Source: Candidatus Iainarchaeum sp.
Lineage (GTDB): Archaea > Iainarchaeota > Iainarchaeia > Iainarchaeales > DTGL01
NCBI GenBank assembly: GCA_038736825.1
Contig: JAVYME010000035.1
Coordinates: 1-11,185, forward strand
DNA length: 11,185 nucleotides
Direction of reading: 5' to 3'
In this document: in pieces, positions 1 through 6,536 of the stretch
Numbering within the stretch: position 1 is the first letter of the stretch
How the letters are laid out: the number at the start of each line of letters is the position of its first letter
Notes under the pieces: generated by a model
Told to the model about the DNA's origin: nothing
What the model saw: the letters and a program-made list of their open reading frames with translations, nothing else
Databases searched by the model: none
Made by a program: the position numbers and the translations under genes

Positions 1-1
1 G

Positions 2-814
2 ATTTTTGAAAAGCCATCATTGCGCACTCGCGTTTCTTTTGAGGTTGGAATGACTCAAATGGGTGGGCACGCAATATATTATGATGTTGCTACTTCTCCC
101 TTGGGAAAAAAGGAAACAATTGAGGACACTGCAAAAGTTGTTTCAAGGTATGTGGACATTGTAATGGCTCGCTTGCTTTCCTTTGAGCAAACAAAAAAAC
201 TGGCTGAAAACTCTAGTGTGCCAGTAATTGACGCTTTAAGCGATTACTCTCACCCATGCCAGATTTTGGGCGACTTGCTGACAATAAAAGAGCACAAAAA
301 AAGGCTTGAGGGCTTAACGCTTGCCTATGTTGGAGATTCAAAAAACAATGTCACTTACTCTTTAATGTATGGCTGCCCTTTGGCTGGAATGAACATAAAA
401 GTGGGTTGCCCTGAAGGAGAAGCCTTCACTCCAATTCCGCACGTTATTGAAACAGCAAAAAAAATGGCAGAAAAGGCAGGCACTAGTGTTTTAGTCACAC
501 ACAATCCAATTGAAGCAGTAAAGGACGTTGATGTGGTTTACACTGATTCCTGGATGTCCTATCATGTGCCGCCAGAGGAAAAAGAGCAAAGAATCAAGGC
601 ATTAATGCCATTCCAAGTTAATACAGAACTAATGAAGCATGCAAAAAAAGACGCTGTTTTCATGAACTGCTTGCCTGCAATGCGCGGCATGGAGCAAACA
701 GCAGAAGTAATTGATGGACCGCAAAGCATTGTCTTTGACCAAGCAGAAAACAGGTTGCACATTCAAAAAGCAATAATGTTAACTTTGCTAGGGCTTGCAA
801 AAAAGAAAAAATAA
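2..814 (+). CDS. argF: Ornithine carbamoyltransferase-family transcarbamylase, 5'-truncated by the window edge
   Basis: Frame 2 is open from the window edge (IFEKPSLRTRVSFEVGM...). The 'Met' listed at nt 20 is therefore the TTG-Leu inside the carbamoyl-phosphate motif S-x-R-T-R (17-31). Other motifs: HPCQ (251-262), YVGD..NNV, D-x-x-x-S loop (545-565), xCLP (665-676), MRG and C-terminal DQAENRLHIQKA. It is collinear with archaeal OTCases as I recall them (Pyrococcus type). About 45-50 N-terminal residues lie upstream of the window. TAA stop at 812-814. Confidence 0.9.
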   Translation: MFEKPSLRTRVSFEVGMTQMGGHAIYYDVATSPLGKKETIEDTAKVVSRYVDIVMARLLSFEQTKKLAENSSVPVIDALSDYSHPCQILGDLLTIKEHKKRLEGLTLAYVGDSKNNVTYSLMYGCPLAGMNIKVGCPEGEAFTPIPHVIETAKKMAEKAGTSVLVTHNPIEAVKDVDVVYTDSWMSYHVPPEEKEQRIKALMPFQVNTELMKHAKKDAVFMNCLPAMRGMEQTAEVIDGPQSIVFDQAENRLHIQKAIMLTLLGLAKKKK

Positions 815-815
815 G

Positions 816-1724
816 TCATTTTTCAAGCAACACCACTCTTGAATCAGCCCTTTCATCCTTTACCCTGTAACCAGTGGCTTTTGCCAGCGCTTTTGCAAAA
901 ACCCTTATGTCATCCATTTCAGGCATGTTTTCCTCTTTCAGTCTTTCCCTTGAACCACCCAAGCGCATGTAAGCCTTGCATTCAACAAATTTGGGTTTGG
1001 CTTTTTCAACCAATGGAGCAAACTCTTCAGGTTTCTCCATGTTCCAGCCCTTTATGAGAGTAATGCGCAATACAGTGGTTGTTTTCATTTTGCTCATTAA
1101 TTCAAGCGATTTCATTACTTTTTCCCACGCTCCATCAATCACTGGAATGCAGAGTTTTTTGTACATTTCCGGATTGCTTGCTGTCAAGGAAATGTAAAGG
1201 TTTGTTGGCAAAACATCAAGTTTTTGCAGCATTTCCGGAACAGTTCCAGCTGTAACCAAGTAAACTGATTCAAAGCCTCTTTCAAAAAACCTTTTAATCA
1301 GTTCTGGAAGCCTTGGATACATGCATGGCTCGCCGGTTAAAGAAATTGCAACCTGTTTTGGTTCAAGCGCTTGCTCTAACAATTTTTTGTCCGTTTTCTT
1401 GTTTCCCTTAAAACCAGTGAGCAGTTTTTTTCTTGCCTCAATGCAACCAGTTATTATTTTGTCAGGTTCATCAATTGGCGCATTCCATTCTTTTGAAAAA
1501 ATTGAAGTGTCACGCCAGCAATGAAGGCATCTCTGGTTGCAAGTGAGCGCAGGAGTCATTTCCATGCATTTTGCAGTGCTAATTCCATAAAAAGTGTTTT
1601 TATAGCAGGGTTTGCCTCCACGCAAGCACTCTTTAGTCCAATGGCACACTTTTACAGCAGAATGATTGCCCACAACACGGTATTGGGCTTTTTGCATTTT
1701 TGCAATCTTCCATTCCTCAAGCAT
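816..1724 (-). CDS. taw1: tRNA 4-demethylwyosine synthase (radical SAM, Taw1/TYW1 family)
   Basis: 302 aa with ATG at 1724. The radical-SAM CxxxCxxC box is CNQRCLHCW. It follows the Taw1-typical N-terminal block HSAVKVCHWTKECLRGGKPCYKNTFYGI....C, which supplies the auxiliary-cluster cysteines. A SLTGEPCMYP SAM-binding-like motif is also present. The length fits the archaeal single-domain Taw1. Confidence 0.85.
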   Translation of the reverse strand: MLEEWKIAKMQKAQYRVVGNHSAVKVCHWTKECLRGGKPCYKNTFYGISTAKCMEMTPALTCNQRCLHCWRDTSIFSKEWNAPIDEPDKIITGCIEARKKLLTGFKGNKKTDKKLLEQALEPKQVAISLTGEPCMYPRLPELIKRFFERGFESVYLVTAGTVPEMLQKLDVLPTNLYISLTASNPEMYKKLCIPVIDGAWEKVMKSLELMSKMKTTTVLRITLIKGWNMEKPEEFAPLVEKAKPKFVECKAYMRLGGSRERLKEENMPEMDDIRVFAKALAKATGYRVKDERADSRVVLLEK

Positions 1725-1748
1725 GCCAAAAAAATGGCTGCAAAAGGG

Positions 1749-1757
1749 TTAAATATT
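1749..1757. promoter_or_regulatory. TATA-like element TTAAATATT midway between divergent taw1 and ORF 1780
   Basis: It is centred at 1753, which is 29 nt from the taw1 ATG (1724) and 27 nt from GTG 1780. The element is near-palindromic. Confidence 0.4.
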
Positions 1758-1779
1758 CTGAGGAACACTATTCCCTACA

Positions 1780-2049
1780 GTGAAAAAAATGCCTTTAGCG
1801 AGAAAGCCTGCAATCAAAATGAGTCTTGCGCGCAAAAACGCCCTGCTTAAAACAATTGAAAACGCAAGACAGCAATACTCTGTAAACCTTGCAGGCATGA
1901 GCCGAATGGCAGTGGAAGGCTGGCCTCACAGTGGAACACCTGCCCTGCAAAGGCTTGCTAGATTGGAAAAAAAACTCAAGGCTGACAGGTTCACTTTGCA
2001 GGATATGCGCAAGCTAAGGGAAGTGCTTAAAGGAAAAAGAAAAAGGTGA
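1780..2049 (+). CDS. Small basic hypothetical protein, possibly helix-turn-helix
   Basis: This is the only sizeable ORF in the 400-nt gap between taw1 and the exchanger gene. Possible starts are GTG at 1780, ATG at 1789 and ATG at 1819. It is Lys/Arg-rich with a KGKRKR tail. The segment LAGMSRMAVEGWPHSGTPALQRLARLEKKL loosely resembles an XRE/Cro-type HTH. T-tracts follow the stop. Confidence 0.45.
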   Translation: MKKMPLARKPAIKMSLARKNALLKTIENARQQYSVNLAGMSRMAVEGWPHSGTPALQRLARLEKKLKADRFTLQDMRKLREVLKGKRKR

Positions 2050-2066
2050 AGCACTTCAACCAAGGC

Positions 2067-2116
2067 TTTTTCTGCCAGATTTTCCTTAAATGCAAGTTTT
2101 CAGTTTTTGCTTTTTT
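2067..2116 (+). terminator. Cluster of T-tracts (T5, T5, T6) downstream of ORF 1780-2049
   Basis: T5 at 2067-2071, T5 at 2104-2108 and T6 at 2111-2116, all on the + strand in a convergent intergenic region. Confidence 0.4.
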
Positions 2117-2123
2117 CAAATCG

Positions 2124-3146
2124 TCACATCAAAACCATTATTGCAAGGAATAAGAAATAGGAGGCTAAAAGCATTATTCCGTGTTTTCTTGAAAGCGTGT
2201 TTTTGAAAAGCAATAGGGTTGAAATCAATGTCATTAGGAATAATGCCATTGAAGAATTCCTTAAAACAATTGTGGATACAAAGAATTCTCTTGCAATTGC
2301 CGCCAATCCCAAAACAAAAAGCGAGTTTGTAATGCAACTGCCAAAAATGTTGCCTAAAAGCATGTTGTGTTTTTTCACCTTTACTGCACTGATTGAAACG
2401 CTTAATTCTGGCAGGGTTGTGCCAAGGGCTAAAATAAAGCCTATTAGGGTTGTGCTCACTCCAAGCTCTTCTGCAAGGGAAATTGCATTCTTTACAAGGA
2501 ATTCTGCGCTGAAAACCACAAAAGCAATGGACAACGCCAGCAGTACTCCCTCTTTCAACAAGTCCTTTTTGAAAAGAAAAATCTTTTTTTTGCCTGAAAC
2601 CAGCATTGCTCCTTTTTCCGCAAGGCTTTGCAAGTGCCTTGCCCGTACAAGGTATTCAAAGAATTCAGAGAAACCGAATTCTTTTTTGTGCTCTTGCAAT
2701 CCCATGAAAATGAATTCAATGAATGCAATGAAAATGAACAATAACATTATTCCTTCCAAAATGGAAACAAAAAGGCTGGAAGTGACAACCACTACCAGCA
2801 AAACCATAGAGAAAATCATCATTGCCATGTCCCGTTTAAGAATGCGCGGACTCACGGTCATTTGGCCCATGAGAAGGCTTACGCCCAAAACAAGCGTTAA
2901 AAGCGAAATATTGCTGCCAGTAATGTTTCCCAGGATGAGGTCGCCATTGCCGTTCAAGGCAGAAAAAATTGCTGAAACTGTTTCCGGCAGAGAAGTGCCT
3001 ATTGCAACAATTGTCAAGCCAATAACGAGCTCGCTTACTCCAAGAATGCGAGCAATCCTGACAGCAGAATTAACCGTTGAATCTGAAGCCTTAACCAATA
3101 CAGCGAGCGCTGCCACCATGAAAACAAGAGTCAAAACAAAGCTCAT
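2124..3146 (-). CDS. Ca2+/cation antiporter (CaCA family, YrbG/NCX_Mj-like Na+/Ca2+ exchanger)
   Basis: 340 aa and polytopic. It has both alpha-repeat signatures: GLTIVAIGTSLPETVSAI...GNITGSNIS and ALGTTLPELSVSISAV...GNIFGSCITNS. They are separated by a hydrophilic central loop. Confidence 0.87.
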   Translation of the reverse strand: MSFVLTLVFMVAALAVLVKASDSTVNSAVRIARILGVSELVIGLTIVAIGTSLPETVSAIFSALNGNGDLILGNITGSNISLLTLVLGVSLLMGQMTVSPRILKRDMAMMIFSMVLLVVVVTSSLFVSILEGIMLLFIFIAFIEFIFMGLQEHKKEFGFSEFFEYLVRARHLQSLAEKGAMLVSGKKKIFLFKKDLLKEGVLLALSIAFVVFSAEFLVKNAISLAEELGVSTTLIGFILALGTTLPELSVSISAVKVKKHNMLLGNIFGSCITNSLFVLGLAAIAREFFVSTIVLRNSSMALFLMTLISTLLLFKNTLSRKHGIMLLASYFLFLAIMVLM

Positions 3147-3158
3147 GAAATAAAAATA

Positions 3159-3198
3159 CGCCTTTCCCTAATTAAAGCTTTTTGGAAAAGGAAAGGCG
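3159..3198. repeat. Perfect 9-bp inverted repeat CGCCTTTCC-N22-GGAAAGGCG between rbr and the exchanger gene
   Basis: The arms are 3159-3167 and 3190-3198. The 22-nt spacer contains TAATTAAA (3169-3176; TTTAATTA on the - strand), centred about 26 nt upstream of the exchanger ATG at 3146. Confidence 0.6.
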
Positions 3199-3201
3199 GA
3201 C

Positions 3202-3209
3202 AAAAAAAA
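3202..3209 (-). terminator. Oligo-T (T8) terminator after rubrerythrin
   Basis: T8 on the - strand begins 5 nt after the rbr TAA stop (3215-3217). Confidence 0.5.
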
Positions 3210-3214
3210 GCGAT

Positions 3215-3793
3215 TTAATAGTTTTCTGCCAAAATTTCATAATAGGATTGCGGGTGCTTGCATGCAGGACAGGTTTCAGGCGCTTCAAGGCCTTCGTGCA
3301 CATAACCGCAGTTGGTGCAATGCCATTTCACTGGCTTTTTGCGCTTGAAAACCTCGCATTTTTCAATGTTTTCAATCAATTTTCTGTATCTTTTTTCGTG
3401 GAATTCTTCCACTTCCGCTATTTCCTTGAAAGAAACAGCAATTTGCTCAAAACCTTCCTCGCGAGCAACCTTTTCAAATTCTGCATAAAGAGTGCTCCAC
3501 TCCATTCTCTCGCCGTCAGCCGCTGCCTTGAGATTGCTTTTAGTGTCTTTAATCATTCCCGCAGGATATCCTGCGGTGATTTGGACTTCTCCGCCCTCCA
3601 AATACTTGAAGAAAACTTTTGCGTGCTCTCGCTCGTTTTCAGCTGTTTCCATGAAAATGTTTGCAATTTGCTCAAAGCCCTCTTTGCGGGCAACACTTGC
3701 AAAATAAGTGTAACGGTTTCTTGCCTGTGATTCGCCAGCAAAAGCCGCAAGCAGGTTTTTTTCAGTTTTGGTTCCCTTCAAAGATTTTACCAT
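3215..3793 (-). CDS. rbr: Rubrerythrin
   Basis: 192 aa. The N-terminal ferritin-like diiron domain reads KTEKNLLAAFAGESQARNRYTYFA with E-x-x-H pairs in ENEREHAKVF and EEFHEKRY. The C-terminal rubredoxin-like centre is CTNCG...CPACKHP. GGGGGTG (3799-3805) sits 5 nt upstream of the ATG as a Shine-Dalgarno site. Confidence 0.95.
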   Translation of the reverse strand: MVKSLKGTKTEKNLLAAFAGESQARNRYTYFASVARKEGFEQIANIFMETAENEREHAKVFFKYLEGGEVQITAGYPAGMIKDTKSNLKAAADGERMEWSTLYAEFEKVAREEGFEQIAVSFKEIAEVEEFHEKRYRKLIENIEKCEVFKRKKPVKWHCTNCGYVHEGLEAPETCPACKHPQSYYEILAENY

Positions 3794-3833
3794 TCCAACA
3801 CCCCCAAAGTTAAGGAAAATAGGCAGGATAAAG

Positions 3834-3841
3834 ATTAAATA
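3834..3841. promoter_or_regulatory. TATA-like element TTAAATAT between divergent rbr and ORF 3848
   Basis: The 8-mer is identical to the one at 1749-1756. It lies about 26 nt upstream of ATG 3863 (+). It lies about 44 nt upstream of the rbr ATG (-), which would leave an 18-nt leader carrying the GGGGGTG Shine-Dalgarno site. Confidence 0.4.
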
Positions 3842-3847
3842 TCCCTA

Positions 3848-4267
3848 ATGTGTTATTTTTGCATGCCAGAAGATAGTGGAATGATGCGGCTTGCAGAACT
3901 AATACTTGCCGGAACAATTGGCGCCGTGCTTGGAGTTTTCCTTTCAGCCGGCACTCCAATGGATTTCAATTTTTTCATGAAGGTTTTAGTAATCGATTTG
4001 GTTCTTGCAATAATTTTTTTCATTTTGACAAAAATCAGCACTCCAAAAAACAGGGCTTCAGCGACAGTGCAACCCTACAGAGAGCGCAGAATCCCCAGAG
4101 AACAAGGTTATGGCGGGCAAGAAAGCTATCCTGAAGAAGAAATAGCACCAGAAGAAGAGCAAATGCCTGAAGAAGAGGAAGAACCAATTCCAGAAGAAGA
4201 ATGGCAGGAAAAACCCCAAAAAAAGCCAGCTGGCAGAATGTATGGGCCAAAAAAAGGAAAAAAATAA
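3848..4267 (+). CDS. Hypothetical small membrane protein with two TM helices and a disordered acidic PEEE-repeat tail
   Basis: 139 aa if translation starts at 3848. Alternative ATGs lie at 3863, 3881 and 3884. ATG 3863 sits about 26 nt from the TTAAATAT box at 3834-3841 and may be the real leaderless start. Two hydrophobic helices are present (LAELILAGTIGAVLGVFLSAG and MKVLVIDLVLAIIFFILT). A charged tail follows, with 4 PEEE units flanked by basic clusters. Confidence 0.55.
   Translation: MCYFCMPEDSGMMRLAELILAGTIGAVLGVFLSAGTPMDFNFFMKVLVIDLVLAIIFFILTKISTPKNRASATVQPYRERRIPREQGYGGQESYPEEEIAPEEEQMPEEEEEPIPEEEWQEKPQKKPAGRMYGPKKGKK
4130..4207 (+). repeat. In-frame CCW-GAA-GAA-GAR tandem repeat encoding four PEEE units
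   Basis: Repeat units start at 4130, 4148, 4166 and 4190 (spacing 18, 18 and 24 nt). They encode YPEEEIAPEEEQMPEEEEEPIPEEEWQE. Confidence 0.8.
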
Positions 4268-4350
4268 AAAAAAGCTTTTGCAAAAAAAACACTGAAAACT
4301 AAAAAAAGTCGGTTTTTTATTGGTTTTTCTGAAAATTTATTGGGTTTAAA

Positions 4351-5703
4351 ATGCAAAAATTTGATGTGGCAATAATTGGTGCTGGTCCAGCCGGGCTTTT
4401 TGCCGCATGGGAGCTCGCAAACTCAAAACTAAAAATTGCAGTAATAGACGAAGGCAAAGAGCCCATGGCAAGAAATCCTGCAAAAACCCCTTCAGATGCA
4501 ATATTCGGAGTAGGTGGAGCCGGCGCTTATTCTGACGGCAAACTAAACTTAACCCATGAAATTGGTGGTTCGCCAGCAGACCTTAAAAGAAACAATTCAG
4601 ACATTCAAAAAATGATAGATGTTGTTGATTCAACACTGGTAAAATTCGGAATTCCGAAGAACTGTTCTGGAGTTAACGGCAGCGAACTCGAAGAATTGAA
4701 AAGAAAAGCCAACAAGGAAGGAATAGAATTTGTTTCAGGAAAACAAAAACACATAGGCACAGATGAAGTGCGCAAAATAATAAACCGCTTTTACTTGGAA
4801 TTGAAAAAGAAAGGAATCAAATTCCTTCTCGAAACAAAAGTCAAAAAAATCAAAAAAAACAAGGCTTTTTTTGAACTTGAAACTTCAAGAGAAACAATAA
4901 AGTGCTCTCACTTAATTTGCGCTCCAGGCAGGGGAAACGCTTACTGGTTAAGGGAAGAACTCAAAAAGCTTGGCGCAATCACTCGATATGGTCCAATAGA
5001 TGTTGGCGTCAGACTGGAATTCCCGGCAGGCATTTATGAAAAAACCAAAAAAGTAATGTATGATGCAAAATTCAGGCTTTACACTGAAACCTATGACGAC
5101 ATGGTTAGAACTTTTTGCACAAACCCCAACGGATTCATTTCAGTTGAACGCTTTGATGACTTTGTTTTGGTTAACGGGCACGCTGAAAGAAACCGCAAAA
5201 GCCCGAACACAAACCTGGCATTGCTTGTAAGAGTGCACTTGACAGACCCAGTGGAAGACTCCACTGAATACGCTAGAAGCATTGCAAAACTCGCGCACAC
5301 CATTGGCGGAGGCAAGCCAATACTGCAACGCTATAAAGACTTGCGAAAAGGCAGGAGAAGCACTTGGGAGCGCATTCACAAATCCCCAATAGAACCCACA
5401 CTAACGGACGTTACGCCAGGAGACATTTCCATGGCTTTGCCTGCAAGAATAGTGCACGACATCATTGAAGCAATAGAAAAACTGGACAAAGTGATTCCAG
5501 GAATTGCTTCAGAAACAACCCTCATTTATGCTCCAGAAATAAAGTTTTATGACACTCGCTATGAAACCAATCTCTTCCTTGAAACAAACATTCCGGGATT
5601 GTTTGTTGCAGGCGATGCCTCGGGTTTTTCTCGCGGAATAGTGTATGCAGCGGTCACTGGAATGATTGCAGCACAAGGCATAAAGAAAAAAACCGCAAAG
5701 TGA
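4351..5703 (+). CDS. FAD-dependent oxidoreductase, uncharacterised COG2509-type 'NAD(FAD)-utilizing dehydrogenase'
   Basis: 450 aa. The N-terminal Rossmann dinucleotide fold is FDVAIIGAGPAGLFAAWEL...VIDEG. The family-typical block FGVGGAGAYSDGKLNL follows. The C-terminal GLFVAGDASGFSRGIVYAAVTG is a second FAD-binding motif. Confidence 0.82.
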   Translation: MQKFDVAIIGAGPAGLFAAWELANSKLKIAVIDEGKEPMARNPAKTPSDAIFGVGGAGAYSDGKLNLTHEIGGSPADLKRNNSDIQKMIDVVDSTLVKFGIPKNCSGVNGSELEELKRKANKEGIEFVSGKQKHIGTDEVRKIINRFYLELKKKGIKFLLETKVKKIKKNKAFFELETSRETIKCSHLICAPGRGNAYWLREELKKLGAITRYGPIDVGVRLEFPAGIYEKTKKVMYDAKFRLYTETYDDMVRTFCTNPNGFISVERFDDFVLVNGHAERNRKSPNTNLALLVRVHLTDPVEDSTEYARSIAKLAHTIGGGKPILQRYKDLRKGRRSTWERIHKSPIEPTLTDVTPGDISMALPARIVHDIIEAIEKLDKVIPGIASETTLIYAPEIKFYDTRYETNLFLETNIPGLFVAGDASGFSRGIVYAAVTGMIAAQGIKKKTAK

Positions 5704-5707
5704 TTTC

Positions 5708-6448
5708 ATGGAGTTTCTGCCAGCACTCATGCTTTCTCTTTTAGCAGGCTTGTCCACTTGTTTTGGCTCTATTATAGCGTTTTTTTTAAAAAAACCAAAG
5801 CCTTCAATGCTGCCAATAGCAATGGGCTTTTCTGCAGGAGTAATGATTTTTGTCTCTTTTGCAGAAATGCTTCCCCAAGCAATTTCAAACATAGGACAGG
5901 CAAACGCCTTCATAGCATTTTTTGCAGGCATGGGAGCAATCTATTTAATAGATGTCTCGCTTCCACACTCTTATGAAGGCGAAAAATGCCAGGAAAGCAG
6001 GCTTTTAAAATGCGGCACACTTGTAGCCATTGGCATAGCAATTCACAATTTTCCCGAAGGCATTGCAGTATTCTTTTCCTCTCTCTCAAGCATTTCACTG
6101 GGCATTCCAATAGCAATTGCAATTGCACTCCACAACATTCCAGAAGGAATAGCCATTTCAATGCCAATATTTCAAGCCACTAAAAGCAGAAAAAAAGCCT
6201 TTCTCTATTCAGCACTATCAGGGCTTACAGAGCCATTGGGCGCCATAATCGGCTTCCTGTTCTTAAGCGCCTTCCTCAACCAATTCATTCTCTACTTAGT
6301 GCTTGCAGGGGTTGCAGGAATAATGGTTTTCATCTCCTTTGACGAACTATTGCCCTACACTTATGAAGGAAAACAAAGCCACAAACAAATTTTAGGCGTG
6401 TTCTTGGGAATGGCAGTAATGGCATTAAGCCTTTGGATGCTCGGATAA
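5708..6448 (+). CDS. zupT: ZIP-family zinc/divalent-metal transporter ZupT
   Basis: 246 aa and polytopic. It has the duplicated ZIP signature HNFPEGIAVF and HNIPEGIAIS plus the SFAEMLP and SFDELLP helices. The start is 4 nt after the upstream stop, with GTGAT (5700-5704) overlapping that stop. Confidence 0.9.
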   Translation: MEFLPALMLSLLAGLSTCFGSIIAFFLKKPKPSMLPIAMGFSAGVMIFVSFAEMLPQAISNIGQANAFIAFFAGMGAIYLIDVSLPHSYEGEKCQESRLLKCGTLVAIGIAIHNFPEGIAVFFSSLSSISLGIPIAIAIALHNIPEGIAISMPIFQATKSRKKAFLYSALSGLTEPLGAIIGFLFLSAFLNQFILYLVLAGVAGIMVFISFDELLPYTYEGKQSHKQILGVFLGMAVMALSLWMLG

Positions 6449-6454
6449 AAAAAA
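6447..6454 (-). terminator. Oligo-T (T8 on - strand) downstream of the 743-aa surface-protein gene
   Basis: The A8 run on the + strand overlaps the zupT stop codon. It lies about 83 nt past the stop (6537-6539) of the minus-strand gene. Confidence 0.3.
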
Positions 6455-6536
6455 GCACTCTCGCAAAACACCTAGGTTGATACTGCATTATTTACTTTTA
6501 ATGGAATAAAAAGTTAGGCTAAGCACAACCAGTCAA

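Noticed and set aside
1521-1850. 109-aa ORF on the + strand spanning the taw1 5' end
   Set aside because: It overlaps the taw1 radical-SAM region antisense and runs across the divergent promoter. It has no motifs.
2197-3153. 318-aa ORF on the + strand
   Set aside because: It is entirely antisense to the CaCA exchanger gene, which has both GTSLPE/GTTLPE alpha-repeat signatures. The + strand translation is low-complexity (K/S/T/R-rich) with no motif. It is a typical shadow ORF of a membrane-protein gene.
3182-3730. 182-aa ORF on the + strand
   Set aside because: It is antisense to rubrerythrin, whose identity is unambiguous. The ORF has no motifs and its composition is Phe/Leu/Cys-biased.
5509-5931. 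140-aa ORF on the - strand across the FAD-protein/zupT junction
   Set aside because: It is antisense to two well-supported genes and has no start context or motifs.
6470-6477. 8-bp palindrome ACCTAGGT in the convergent spacer between zupT and the surface-protein gene
   Set aside because: It is short and isolated with no flanking structure or repetition, so it is compatible with chance.
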